The notes: generated by a model not told the origin, from the letters alone. DNA of 64,000 nucleotides from an uncultured Bacteroidota bacterium (GCA_963734955.1 CAVTJO010000006.1:411458-475457), one strand, 5' to 3'. Numbered from the stretch's first letter, positions 30,034 to 40,724 are shown. Program-made: numbers and translations.

Positions 30034-32845
30034 ATGAAAATGATTACTATTCGGCTCATTCTTCTTGCTCTTATCGTGACCGGGGCAGCGTATCTTGCCA
30101 TTGCCGGCGGGACGACGGGCATCGTCAAGGGAACAGTGACTGACATAAAATCAGGAGAGGCTCTCCCGCTTGTAAACGTTCTCATTGTTGGCAGTGGCCG
30201 GGGTGCCGTGACGAACGACAAGGGCGAGTATCAGGTGGTGGGGGTGACTCCCGGCGTCTATACGCTGAGAGTTTCATTGCTGGGCTATCAAATGTTGGAA
30301 GCCAAGAAGGTGGCAATTAATGCCGACGAAACCACCGTGATGAACTTCAAGCTTGCGAGCACAGAAATTCAAATGGAAGGCATAACCGTCGAGGGCACTC
30401 CACCGCTCGTTGATGTGACGAAGACTGCCGGAGATCAGACGTTTAATCAGGAGAAGATTGAGCAACTCCCCAATGTGAAAGGCTATGAAGATGTACTCAC
30501 GCTGCAAGCAGGAGTTGTGAAGTTCGGATCCAAGCTTTTTCTTCGAGGAGGTCGTGCCAATGAGACGCAGATTCTGGTCGATGGCGTTCCTGTAAATGAT
30601 GTCGGAGGGGTAACGGGAACGGCGGGAACAAGTACAGCAAACGAACAACTGCAAGCCCTCTACTCCGGGACAAGTTCGGGGGGTGCGCTTTCAGTCTCCG
30701 CGAATGCGATTCAATCCGTGAGCGTCTCGAGCAGCGGACTTGACGCGGAGTACGGCAATGCGCAGTCGGGAGTCGTGAATATCACGACAAAAGGTGGTGG
30801 AGACAAGTATGACGCTTCCGTCCAATACCGAACGGATGAGATAACGGCCTCAGGTTTCAACTCGCGATACTATGCCGCGAATGTGGGCGGACCCGAGCCA
30901 ATCACGCAATATCTTCTTCCCGAACTTGGCGTCGAATTTCCCGGGAAGATGACATTTTTCATGAGTTCAACGTTTGATCAGAATGATGGCCCGTATGGTT
31001 TCAATACCAACCAGTTTTATGATCCTTTGAAACGTAAGATACAGTTCTCAGGAGTGTTCGGCAGTATCTTCAACAATCTTGGCTTCACGTACTCCGATCA
31101 CCAGAACAATGAGTATTCGTACAACACGAAGCTGACCTATTCTGTGGGGGATAACGATCAGTTCTTCTTTCGTTATACGGCAAACGCCAGTTCCAACCAC
31201 GGGTTGGCTGGATCGTATTCATGGCGTGATCTTTCAGATTCCCTGGCTTCGACGGTCCAGTTGAAGACACAGAACATGCTGTACTGGACCCACATTCTGG
31301 GACAGAACGCTCTCTTGAGGTCGTACATTAGCAGACAGGAAAAGGTGGCGACCAACAGTGTGGGCAATCTCACGCCGGACCAGTACTCTATTGTGGGACA
31401 GATATAGGTGCCAGAGACCCCAACGGTGACGGATTCAACGACCTTGGGACATCGCAAAGTTGGTCCACGTCAAATGAGGTGGTTTGGAATGCAAAAGTGG
31501 ACTACAGCGCCCAGGTGCATGAGTACCATTTTCTGAAGACCGGCATTGATTTTTACTCGGAACATATTCAGTCGACAGCGATCTCCTTTCCCAATGACGT
31601 CCAGAGGGACACAAGTCGACGTGGTGCTTTCCCCGGCTACGGATTTGCCAGGTGGGTCGCGAACGATCTGCCGAGTCATGGAGCAATCTATGCTCAGGAC
31701 AACATCGAACTTACGGGGATCAATATCCATGTCGGGCTACGGTACGACTTCTTCTACTTGGGGAAGCAGGTGTTCGCTCCGGATTTCGTATCACGATGGG
31801 AAGTTCGCCACCGGCGAGAAAGCTGACTGGCTTGACCATAAGTCCTTCTTTTCACAGTTCATTCGCGGTAAGGTCAGCCCCCGGCTTGCAATAGGCTATC
31901 CGATATCCGAGCGTACCGTTTTCTATTTCAACTATGCGCATTTTCTCCAGTATCCTGACAGAGATCAGTACTACCATGACCCGATCAGTGACAAAATCAT
32001 AAGTGGAAACTATGTCGGGAAACCCGTCGTTGGAACCCATGAAAACGGTGCAGTACGAAGCGGGATTCGACCAGTTGTTGCTTGACGACCTTTCGCTCGG
32101 AATCCGTGGGTACTACAAGGATACGTTCAATGATATTACCACCCAGCCTGCACTCAGTTCTCCGGTCGGAATCTTGAAGTTTGTCAACTTCGACTACGCG
32201 AGTGCAAGAGGGTTTGAGATCATTCTTACCAAGCAGGAGAGAAATCATGTCCAGGGAAGCCTCGGGTACACATTCCAGTTGGCGAAGGGGCGCACTTCGG
32301 ACCCATTTGCTGCGACAGCAAGCCCTCAATTGAATGGGTTGCCGAGGGAAGTACGGCTCGATTATGATCAGCAGCATACGTTGAATCTGTTTCTCGGCTA
32401 CCGTGTTGGCCCGCGCGATGATTTCACGCTCTTTGGCATGCCGTTCAATGATTGGGGTGTGTCCGTGACCTGGAATTTCGGAAGCGGCTTCCCCTATACT
32501 CCCTACAATCAAGGAAGAACGTTACAAGATCTCTACCTGAAGAATACAGGAGACGGCCCGTATACATCGGAAGTCGGGATTTCCATGAGCAAGGGTTTCA
32601 GGGTTCTTGACAAACTTGGTCTTGTCTTCACCCTTGATGTCACGAATCTTTTCAACAGGAAGAATGTGGACATCAATGGAGGTGGATTTAATAGTGCGAC
32701 GGGTGCGCCGTATGTTTTTGGAGACTATAATCCGATTAATCCCAAAGACATATATGCCTGGAGATCGTTTGATTCAAGAGTGACGCCGTTTATTCTTAGA
32801 CCGCCACGTCAGATTCTGTTGGGCATGAAAATCAATTGGGAATAG
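30034..32845 (+). CDS. TonB-dependent outer-membrane receptor with N-terminal CarboxypepD_reg-like domain, interrupted by three frameshifts (near 31380-31410, 31780-31800, 32020)
   Basis: Signal peptide, GIVKGTVTD...GEALPLVNVLIV carboxypeptidase-regulatory fold, plug motif (FLRGGRANETQILVDGVPVND), barrel motifs across four ORF-track pieces. Confidence 0.75.
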
Positions 32846-32848
32846 ATT

Positions 32849-34996
32849 ATGACTCGAAAGACAAATCAATACGCGCTCTGCCTTCTCATCTTTGGTCTCT
32901 TTGGCTTCTTTCTCCCTGGCGCCGCTGCCAGAAATGAACCAGACAAAGTTCCTCCGCCGCCCCAAAGTCCCGCGGCAGGAGGAGGACAAGGAACGGTGGT
33001 CGAAGGTACAACCGATGCTCCTCATATCGTGCGCGTGAAGCAGGGCTACGGGATGAGACTGGAAATGGATAACAGCGGTGCGTTTGGTCATGTAATCTAC
33101 CCGCCGCGCGGAGGTACAACTCAGCCTCCTGATTCAATAGGTCTTGAGTACCCGGTCGGCAGCCAAATCGAGCACATCTTTGGAGGAGGTATCTGGGTTG
33201 CCGCCCAGGTTCTTGATACGGCGACCGGGACGAGAGTAAAGCGTGTGTCGACAGGATACGAAGGTTATGGTGGTGGTATAAACTCGCTCTTTGAGTTCAA
33301 CCCGGGACCGGATCTGGCAGATTCATTCTGGGTAGCAAAGAAAGGGGACTTGAAGCCACCGGGCTGGGATGGATATTGGGGGTCCACTTTTCCATTCAAG
33401 CCGATTTCGGACAATGACCTCTATTGCACCTACACAGATGACAGGTTCTCCGCGTTCAACCACGTTCCGATGCATGTGAAGATCATTCAGAAATCGTATG
33501 CGTGGTCCGATCCGTACGCCGAGGCGATCATCATCAATGAATACCAGATCGTCAATACTGGCACAAGGTCACTTGATAGCGTGTTCATCGGATTCTTTGT
33601 CGATGCTGATGTAGGTCCGATCAATGTGCCCAGCTATCAGTTAAACAACTTTACAGGTTACTATCCTGACGCAAAAACCGCATATATCCACAATCCCATA
33701 GACAGGGGTTCAACGCCAGTCGGTGTGACTCTGTTGTGGGCGAACGGACGAGATCTAACAGGACTCAGATATACGTTCCAGTGGTATCCGCTTGCCTCAA
33801 GCCCGATTACTGACCAGGCGAAGTACGATATGATGGCCTCGGGCGTGGTAAGGGCCGACGAATTTCCTTCGCTTTCCGACACAAGGTTCCTTTTTTCCTT
33901 CGGAACAAACAACACAGGGGGTTTCAGTATCAGGCCAATTTCGGATCCTTTTCCTGACACTCTCAAGATTGCGGTGGCAATTGTTTCCGGACAATCAAGG
34001 ACCAAGGACCCGCGTATCGTGATGCAAATAAACGCCCAGAGGGCTCTTGACATCTACCTGAATCAGGGGATACGGTTGCCGGCTACTCCACCTTCTCCTC
34101 CTCTGCGCGCTGAAGTCGGCTTCCGCAAGGTGACCCTCGACTGGAAGTGGAGGCCAGGAGACGACGTCGGAGGACCCGGGAGAGACCCACGGATCTATGG
34201 AAGGCCAGACCCCGAACAGAATTGGGACAGCACGAGCAAGGTTGCGCAACGCGACCCGCTCAGGCGCACAAATCCTCCTGCCGGTTATGATTCCACTCGC
34301 GGTGGGCGGAACTTTGAGGCATATCGCATTTGGCGAAGTGAAGACCCAGACTATCCGGACGCAAGCTTCACGCTTCTGAAGCAGGTCGATGTGAAGGTAC
34401 CGCCCGGCTATCCCGACAGTCTGAGTTTTGAGTACGACACGGGCCTGGAGTACTCATACGTCGATTCCAATTTGGTGCGGGGGCACACGTATGTCTATGC
34501 TGTTACCTCGAAATCGATTCCCAACCTCACCGAGCGGAGAAACCCCGACAGCACAATCACTCTTGTTCCCGTCGAGCCGCTTGAATCTTCCAAACAGGTT
34601 AATGCAACGCCAATTGGAAAGGACAAGCAGCTCCCATTTGCGACCTCGCAGCAGCTTGGAAAGGTCAGCGTTGTTCCCAACCCTTATCGCACCGATCAGG
34701 ACTACACCAAGGAGAGCGCAGGGTATGAGGGAAAGACAGGCGCCTGGAACGAGAACAGGCGCGTCATCAAGTTCATCAATCTTCCAGTGCGATGTACAAT
34801 CCGGATTTTCTCGCTCGCCGGCGATTTGGTTCGCACTGTTGAACATGACGGTAACGTGGGAACGACGTTCCCCTTTGGTGATGAAAACGTGCCCCTCGTG
34901 AGTGAGAGCAACCGTGCGCTTGCCAGTGGAATTTACATCTTCACCGTTGAATCCGACTTGGGAACCCAAACAGGCAAGTTTGTTATCATACGGTAG
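32849..34996 (+). CDS. Large secreted protein with C-terminal T9SS (Por secretion) sorting domain
   Basis: Signal peptide. The C-terminal ~90 aa (VSVVPNPY...IRIFSLAGDLVRTV...GIYIFTVESDLGTQTGKFVIIR) matches a type-A T9SS CTD pattern. Confidence 0.7.
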   Translation: MTRKTNQYALCLLIFGLFGFFLPGAAARNEPDKVPPPPQSPAAGGGQGTVVEGTTDAPHIVRVKQGYGMRLEMDNSGAFGHVIYPPRGGTTQPPDSIGLEYPVGSQIEHIFGGGIWVAAQVLDTATGTRVKRVSTGYEGYGGGINSLFEFNPGPDLADSFWVAKKGDLKPPGWDGYWGSTFPFKPISDNDLYCTYTDDRFSAFNHVPMHVKIIQKSYAWSDPYAEAIIINEYQIVNTGTRSLDSVFIGFFVDADVGPINVPSYQLNNFTGYYPDAKTAYIHNPIDRGSTPVGVTLLWANGRDLTGLRYTFQWYPLASSPITDQAKYDMMASGVVRADEFPSLSDTRFLFSFGTNNTGGFSIRPISDPFPDTLKIAVAIVSGQSRTKDPRIVMQINAQRALDIYLNQGIRLPATPPSPPLRAEVGFRKVTLDWKWRPGDDVGGPGRDPRIYGRPDPEQNWDSTSKVAQRDPLRRTNPPAGYDSTRGGRNFEAYRIWRSEDPDYPDASFTLLKQVDVKVPPGYPDSLSFEYDTGLEYSYVDSNLVRGHTYVYAVTSKSIPNLTERRNPDSTITLVPVEPLESSKQVNATPIGKDKQLPFATSQQLGKVSVVPNPYRTDQDYTKESAGYEGKTGAWNENRRVIKFINLPVRCTIRIFSLAGDLVRTVEHDGNVGTTFPFGDENVPLVSESNRALASGIYIFTVESDLGTQTGKFVIIR

Positions 34997-35035
34997 TCAT
35001 CGGCAACAAGTCACCAGCACAAAGAGAGTATTACG

Positions 35036-35977
35036 ATGAAACAATCATTTACAAGAGCTTCAATTGCAACGATCCTTTGCATGATCTTTGCAGTGTGTGG
35101 GACACGCGCTGGTAACAGGTCTGGTACCGTGTCTGGTGAGTTCCTCAAATTGCCTGTTAACGCGCGCGTTACGGCGATAGGCAATGCCCAGGTGGCGTTG
35201 GCGGAGGGAGCGTCTTCTATCGCGTACAACCCGGCTGGAATTCTCAGTGTTTCCACCGCTGCGTTTGGCGGGACGTACAACAAATGGATCGCAGATATTA
35301 CTCATTCCTTTTTTGGCGTCGCGGTAAATCTCCAGGAATGGGGTACTGTGGGTGCAGGGGTCATGTTCTTGACCACTGACGACATGGCGGTAACCACTCC
35401 GCAGTTTCCTGAAGGCACCGGAGAGTTGTTCAAGGCGAGTGATTTTGCGTATACGTTAACGTATGCGCGCCAGATCAGCGAAGACTTCGGATTGGGGTTG
35501 AGTGCCAAGTACATCAAGTCATATCTCTACAACTCTGAAATCAAGGCAAGCTCAATAGCGTTTGATATCGGTTCCCTCTATGATATCCCCGCACTCCGAA
35601 CCCGTCTTGGAATATCGATCAATAACCTTGGGAAGGACCTCAAGTATATCAACGAACAATACTCGATTCCTTCTGCATTGCGCTTTGGTGCCCGCATAAC
35701 TGCATATGAAGAAGAGAATCATTTGGTCTACATTGCCCTGCAAATTGCTCGTCCCAACGATGCCAATGAGCAATACAATGCCGGTGTGGAGTACACATTT
35801 CAGAAGATCGTCTCTCTCAGAACCGGGTACCGGTTCAACTATGACACGGAAAACTGGAGTGGTGGCATCGGCCTCAGCCTCGAAAGTCTTGGCATCCATG
35901 GTTCGCTTGACTATGCCTACACGAACTACAAATATTTGCCAGGCACTCACATGTTCTCAACTGAAATAGGATTTTGA
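35036..35977 (+). CDS. Putative outer-membrane beta-barrel protein (PorV/FadL-like features; T9SS-associated?)
   Basis: Signal peptide, alternating amphipathic strands, C-terminal Phe (TEIGF*). N-terminal FLKLPVNARVTAIGNAQVA..YNPAG resembles PorV-family conserved N-termini. Family call is tentative. Confidence 0.5.
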   Translation: MKQSFTRASIATILCMIFAVCGTRAGNRSGTVSGEFLKLPVNARVTAIGNAQVALAEGASSIAYNPAGILSVSTAAFGGTYNKWIADITHSFFGVAVNLQEWGTVGAGVMFLTTDDMAVTTPQFPEGTGELFKASDFAYTLTYARQISEDFGLGLSAKYIKSYLYNSEIKASSIAFDIGSLYDIPALRTRLGISINNLGKDLKYINEQYSIPSALRFGARITAYEEENHLVYIALQIARPNDANEQYNAGVEYTFQKIVSLRTGYRFNYDTENWSGGIGLSLESLGIHGSLDYAYTNYKYLPGTHMFSTEIGF

Positions 35978-35979
35978 GT

Positions 35980-36834
35980 ATGCTCAAGCTCGCGAGAAAT
36001 TTCTCAGTTTTTGCGACGATGTTGTCCGTCCTCCTGACGGGTTGCGAAATTACATCCGAATCACCGACACCTCCCGACTTGAGACCTGCCCCGCACATGG
36101 TTATCAATGAAGTGTTTACACTACCATCAACGAGCCAGACGCCGTATAGTTGGATCGAGTTCTTGAACCCCACGAGAGATACCGTGGATATCGGAAACTG
36201 GACCCTTTCGTTCAGTACGTTCAAGCAACGAACGAGAACGGTTGTCATCGTCGATTCATTGTTCCAGTTCAGGCTTTTCGTTTCACAGACCAGCTTCCAG
36301 CCAGAGTTTGGGACTTTTGATGTCCCGTTCGCCAAGGGAGTTTCCTTTGAGTCAATTGGAATTCAGGATACGGTTTTAATACCACCCAATGGACTCTACA
36401 CAATCGTAACGAATGAACAACGTCTGCTTGATCATACACAATGGGGTCCAGGTCCCTCTTCTTCGCGTTTCGAGAGACCGCTCTACGCCACTCTTGACTC
36501 CGCCGTCATTGTCCAGTATGTCAATGCAGATAGCGTGATTGTCGCAACTTATCAAACCATCTATGGGGCTCAACTACAGACCACCGATCAATTGTTGCTG
36601 AAGGATCAGAATGGAAACGTGATGGATGTTGTACGGTATGGCAACTACACGTATCAGGGGCCAGGGACTGATCCATACAGTGGAAATCACACAATCGGAG
36701 CCGTACCGGAATTCCAATCCATTGCCAGGTATGCAGGAGGTTATTTCACTGGTAACACTGCGTTTGATTTCTATGTGACCAGGGATGACCTCCCACCCAT
36801 TCCCAATTGGTACAGTCAGGCGTATCGTCGTTAG
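35980..36834 (+). CDS. Lamin-tail-domain (LTD) lipoprotein
   Basis: Lipobox LTGC. LTD signature VINEVF...YSWIEFLNPTRDTVDIGNWTLS. ORF track starts at TTG 35974, overlapping the upstream stop. Confidence 0.65.
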   Translation: MLKLARNFSVFATMLSVLLTGCEITSESPTPPDLRPAPHMVINEVFTLPSTSQTPYSWIEFLNPTRDTVDIGNWTLSFSTFKQRTRTVVIVDSLFQFRLFVSQTSFQPEFGTFDVPFAKGVSFESIGIQDTVLIPPNGLYTIVTNEQRLLDHTQWGPGPSSSRFERPLYATLDSAVIVQYVNADSVIVATYQTIYGAQLQTTDQLLLKDQNGNVMDVVRYGNYTYQGPGTDPYSGNHTIGAVPEFQSIARYAGGYFTGNTAFDFYVTRDDLPPIPNWYSQAYRR

Positions 36835-36934
36835 GGCAGGGCTTTCCTCGCGTTTCTTTTCGCGACCGAGACGAAGGGAGGCCCTCTCTTCGTCTCGTCC
36901 GTTTGTGCTCCTGGCATTGGGACTTGATCTTCGC

Positions 36935-37546
36935 TCAGAACATCGATACATCCCCTGCTCCCGCACGCACCACACGAGGTGTCTCACCGGTAAGATCAAT
37001 GACTGATGAGGGTTCTGAGACCAGCGCCCCGGCATCGATGATTGCATCAACCTGATTGTTAAACTTCTGACCAATGGCGTCGGGATCGTTCATCAGGCTT
37101 CCGTCTTCGAACGAGACGCTCGTGCTCAGAATTGGATGCCCGAGCTCTTTGACCAACGCGAGAGTTATTGGACTGTCCGGCACTCTGATCCCCACGGTCT
37201 TTCGCTTCGATACCAGAATTCTCGGCAATTGTTTCATTTTCGCCGCAGGCAACACAAATGTGTACGGCCCGGGAATGAGATGCTTCATGACCTTGAACGC
37301 TGCGTTGCCGACGTGTGCGTACTCGCTAATATGGGTCAGGTCTGAACACACGAAGCTATACGGTTTGTCCTTCCGCTGCCGTTTGATCAGGTAGATCCGC
37401 TCGATTGCACTCTTGTCTTCGATGCTGCAACCGATTCCGTACACCGTATCGGTCGGATAGATCACAATTCCGCCTGCGCGGAGGATCCCCACTGCCTTCG
37501 TGATCAGACGCGGGTCAGGAGTGACAGGGTGGATCTTGATTACCAT
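36935..37546 (-). CDS. tsaC: L-threonylcarbamoyladenylate synthase (YrdC/Sua5 family)
   Basis: YPTDTVYGIGC...KxRxxxKPxSFV...RxPD YrdC signature. Confidence 0.85.
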   Translation of the reverse strand: MVIKIHPVTPDPRLITKAVGILRAGGIVIYPTDTVYGIGCSIEDKSAIERIYLIKRQRKDKPYSFVCSDLTHISEYAHVGNAAFKVMKHLIPGPYTFVLPAAKMKQLPRILVSKRKTVGIRVPDSPITLALVKELGHPILSTSVSFEDGSLMNDPDAIGQKFNNQVDAIIDAGALVSEPSSVIDLTGETPRVVRAGAGDVSMF

Positions 37547-37588
37547 TTGTGTTTCCCGGAAGTCCTGGACGACATGTCCACATCTCCG

Positions 37589-40129
37589 CTATTTCAGGAG
37601 TAACATCCTGCGAGTCTGGCTGGACCCTCCCGCTGATAGTGTATACAAATACACTCCGCTGGCGAGTCGTCGCGCATCGAAGGTCGTTTCGTACGTTCCT
37701 CCCTTCAACACACCCTCTATAAGGGTGGCGACCTGACTTCCGCGCACGTCGAAGATTTGTAAGGTGGTCTTTGTCCCGGACTGAGCTTCAGGCACAACGA
37801 ACTTGATGACCGTTGTAGGGTTGAAAGGATTGGGGAAATTCTGCTCGAGTGTGAATCCTTGTGCCACCGTGCCGGACGTCAGTCGCACCGACGTAAGTCC
37901 GGTGAGGTCGACCGCCCAGGACGAGCGACCATGGGAAAACGCGAACAACCTGCGGGTGGGGGAGTGAAGTGTCAAGTCATGAACGGGGGCCTCCGGCATC
38001 CCGGTTCCGAGGACGATCCATGTTGCCCCCATGTTGGTACTGTACACAACGCCTGCGTCTGTGGCGACATACAGGTTTGGGCGATACACCGGATCGACGA
38101 TGACATCGTTCAAAGGAATATTGGGAAGGTTGCCGCCGATGTTGATCCAGGATTGGCCGTAGTTCGTGGTCTTGTAGATGTGTGCATCGGAGAGATCCTC
38201 CAGGTATCCCGAGAGTGTAACGTACGCGACGTTTGCGGAGTCAGGGTCGACCGTGACCCGGGTTACCCAATGAACCGGCAGGGAGCCTGTAACGTCATTC
38301 CATGTTGTGCCTCTGTCTGTTGTGACCGACACCTTCCCGTCATCCGTGCCGACGTAGACGACGTTGGAGTCTGAGTTTGCTACATCAATCGTTGTTATTG
38401 TGCCGATTCTCCCGTTCGCGCCGCGTGTCAGGTCGTCGCTGATTGCAGTCCAGCTCTGCATGCCGTTGGTCGTTCGGTACATGCGCTGTGTTCCGGTGTA
38501 GAGGGTCAACGGTGAGTTGAAGTCCAATGCGATGGGGGTGCACCAGTTCTTTCTATCAGTCGAACTGATGCCGGAGGTCCCATTTGAGAAGGATGTTCCG
38601 CCATTGACGGAATATCCCAATCCGCCATTCTGAGACTCGGCATAGACGCGATTCGAGTTTGTGGGATCAACAAGTGCGTAAAACCCATCGCCGCCATAGA
38701 TTGACTGCCAGTCGTTCGTCGACCCTGTGAGTGTGCGTGGGGTCCCGTTATCCTGCAGCCCTCCAAGGATTCGCTGTGGATTCTGGAAGTCGACGGTGCC
38801 TGCATAGAACTGAGAGATCGGGAGGTTGAGTGATTTTGTCCACGAAGATCCCGTTGTCGTCGAAGTGAAGACACCCCCGTCGTTGCCCACGACGACCCTT
38901 GCGGGATTTCCAGCGTCAAATGCTATCGCGTGGTGGTCAACGTGCATTCCGTTAATGCTCGTCCAGGTCGAGCCGCCATTGGTAGACTGATAGAACCTCG
39001 TCAACCCGAGCAGGAGAAAATCAGGATTGGCGGGATGGATGTCGATAATCAAGTTGTACCACGATTGTCCTTCGTTGTTGAATGTGCTGGTCGAGACGGT
39101 TGCCCAGGAATCGCCGCTTGTTGTTGATCTGTAGACGCCCATAACGCCTGTTCCGTTTGAGACAATCGCGAACATGATGTTCGGCTGTGACGGTGCAACG
39201 GCGAGGCACATTCGTCCGATGCTCGGATTGTTGTTCGGAAACCCGTTGGTAACCTGAGACCATGTATCGCCGGCATCAGTTGAAAGGAAAAGACCCGAAA
39301 CCGCACTGCTTATGACGCTGTAGGTCAATGGTCTGTAACGCGTCCACATCCCTGCGAGGACGCGATTGGGATTTGAAGGGTCAATCATCACATCGCAGGC
39401 GCCCGTTGTATCGTCAACGAACAGGATGCGTTGCCATGAGGTACCGCTGTCGGTTGATCTGTACACTCCGCGTTCCTGAGTTCTGCTTCGATACCGCCCG
39501 AGTGCTGCGGCAAAAATTCTGCTCGGTGCCGACGGGTGGATGGCGATTCGTCCAATCTGTCCGGTCGCAGTGAGGCCAAGGTTGGTCCACGTTTGTCCGG
39601 CGTCAGTCGAACGCCAGAGTCCATTCCCCGGGTAGATTGCGACTCCTCCCGGATTCGCTTCTCCGGTTCCGACGTAAACAACTTGAGAGTTGGTTGGGTC
39701 AAGGGTGATGGATCCTATGGTAAATGACTGGCTGAACATATTTGTCCATGTTCCACCGTTATCTGTCGATTTCCATCCTCCTCCGGAAGCCGCTCCCATA
39801 TAGATCACCGAGGAGTTCGTTGGATCGAGCGCAATCGAGGTAACACGTCCACCTACATTCGAAGGTCCGACACTGGTCCACGTCGGCAGGACTATCGCCG
39901 GATTGTCTCGAGCCATCGCTCTGAATTGCGCTCTTGCTGATTCATACAATGCCGGGCTGATATCATCGTGAGGATACACACGCTGTAGCATGAACCAATC
40001 GTTATCCAACGCTTCTGCTTCCTGCGATGGTGTATATGTCTTTGGGTTTGGCACTGCGGTCACAATGAAGACAAACGCTCCGATCAGGAGAATGAAGACG
40101 CTCTGCATTACTTCTCTGGACACCATCAT
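37589..40129 (-). CDS. BNR/Sortilin-Vps10-type repeat protein (glycosyl-hydrolase-like beta-propeller) with C-terminal T9SS sorting domain
   Basis: More than 10 S-x-D-x-G-x-T-W BNR motifs. C-terminus NFPNPFNP...SGVYLYTLSAGG...RRMLLLK. GAGGAG RBS before ATG 40129; ORF track extends to 40228. Confidence 0.8.
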   Translation of the reverse strand: MMVSREVMQSVFILLIGAFVFIVTAVPNPKTYTPSQEAEALDNDWFMLQRVYPHDDISPALYESARAQFRAMARDNPAIVLPTWTSVGPSNVGGRVTSIALDPTNSSVIYMGAASGGGWKSTDNGGTWTNMFSQSFTIGSITLDPTNSQVVYVGTGEANPGGVAIYPGNGLWRSTDAGQTWTNLGLTATGQIGRIAIHPSAPSRIFAAALGRYRSRTQERGVYRSTDSGTSWQRILFVDDTTGACDVMIDPSNPNRVLAGMWTRYRPLTYSVISSAVSGLFLSTDAGDTWSQVTNGFPNNNPSIGRMCLAVAPSQPNIMFAIVSNGTGVMGVYRSTTSGDSWATVSTSTFNNEGQSWYNLIIDIHPANPDFLLLGLTRFYQSTNGGSTWTSINGMHVDHHAIAFDAGNPARVVVGNDGGVFTSTTTGSSWTKSLNLPISQFYAGTVDFQNPQRILGGLQDNGTPRTLTGSTNDWQSIYGGDGFYALVDPTNSNRVYAESQNGGLGYSVNGGTSFSNGTSGISSTDRKNWCTPIALDFNSPLTLYTGTQRMYRTTNGMQSWTAISDDLTRGANGRIGTITTIDVANSDSNVVYVGTDDGKVSVTTDRGTTWNDVTGSLPVHWVTRVTVDPDSANVAYVTLSGYLEDLSDAHIYKTTNYGQSWINIGGNLPNIPLNDVIVDPVYRPNLYVATDAGVVYSTNMGATWIVLGTGMPEAPVHDLTLHSPTRRLFAFSHGRSSWAVDLTGLTSVRLTSGTVAQGFTLEQNFPNPFNPTTVIKFVVPEAQSGTKTTLQIFDVRGSQVATLIEGVLKGGTYETTFDARRLASGVYLYTLSAGGSSQTRRMLLLK

Positions 40130-40292
40130 GATTGCTCCTCGAGTGTGGTGAAACTTGGCTTGTTCAAAGTACGCAGTGTTTCGAAGAGTAGCAAGACTCA
40201 TCTCGCTACCAACCGTGTGCAATGTCATTCCGTGAGATGATGGTGTGCCTTTTGTTCTTGTTTCTCAAAGAATTTCTTGTAGATTCTCAGCC

Positions 40293-40724
40293 GTGAGTGT
40301 CAACATCAACATACTGTTAGTGGAAGACAATTATGAGCATCTCCGCCTGACGAAGTACATTCTGAAGCGAAACAATGTTCCCGGCCAGGTGCATGTTGTA
40401 CGCGATGGCCAGGAAGCGATGGATTTCCTGTACCAGCGGAACAAGTTCTCCGATCCCCAGCTTCATCCCCGTCCCAATCTCGTTCTTCTTGACCTCAATA
40501 TTCCCCGGATCAATGGAAGGGAAGTTCTCAAGATCATGAAGGCCGATAGTGCATTAAAGGATATCCCGGTCGTTGTGGTGAGTTCATCCGAGCGCGAAGA
40601 AGATGTGAATTACGCGAAGGAGATTGGCGCCGTAGCGTACATTTCAAAGTCGGGTGGGTTTGAGCGATTGAACCAGGCGCTCTCCACGGTCTATACGTAC
40701 GCGACGCGGAACACGGCGCCATAG
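40293..40724 (+). CDS. Stand-alone response-regulator receiver domain (CheY-like)
   Basis: ILLVEDN...D...LVLLDLNIP...K. No cognate kinase in the window. GTG start at 40293 assumed; ORF track begins at 40245. Confidence 0.7.
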   Translation: MSVNINILLVEDNYEHLRLTKYILKRNNVPGQVHVVRDGQEAMDFLYQRNKFSDPQLHPRPNLVLLDLNIPRINGREVLKIMKADSALKDIPVVVVSSSEREEDVNYAKEIGAVAYISKSGGFERLNQALSTVYTYATRNTAP

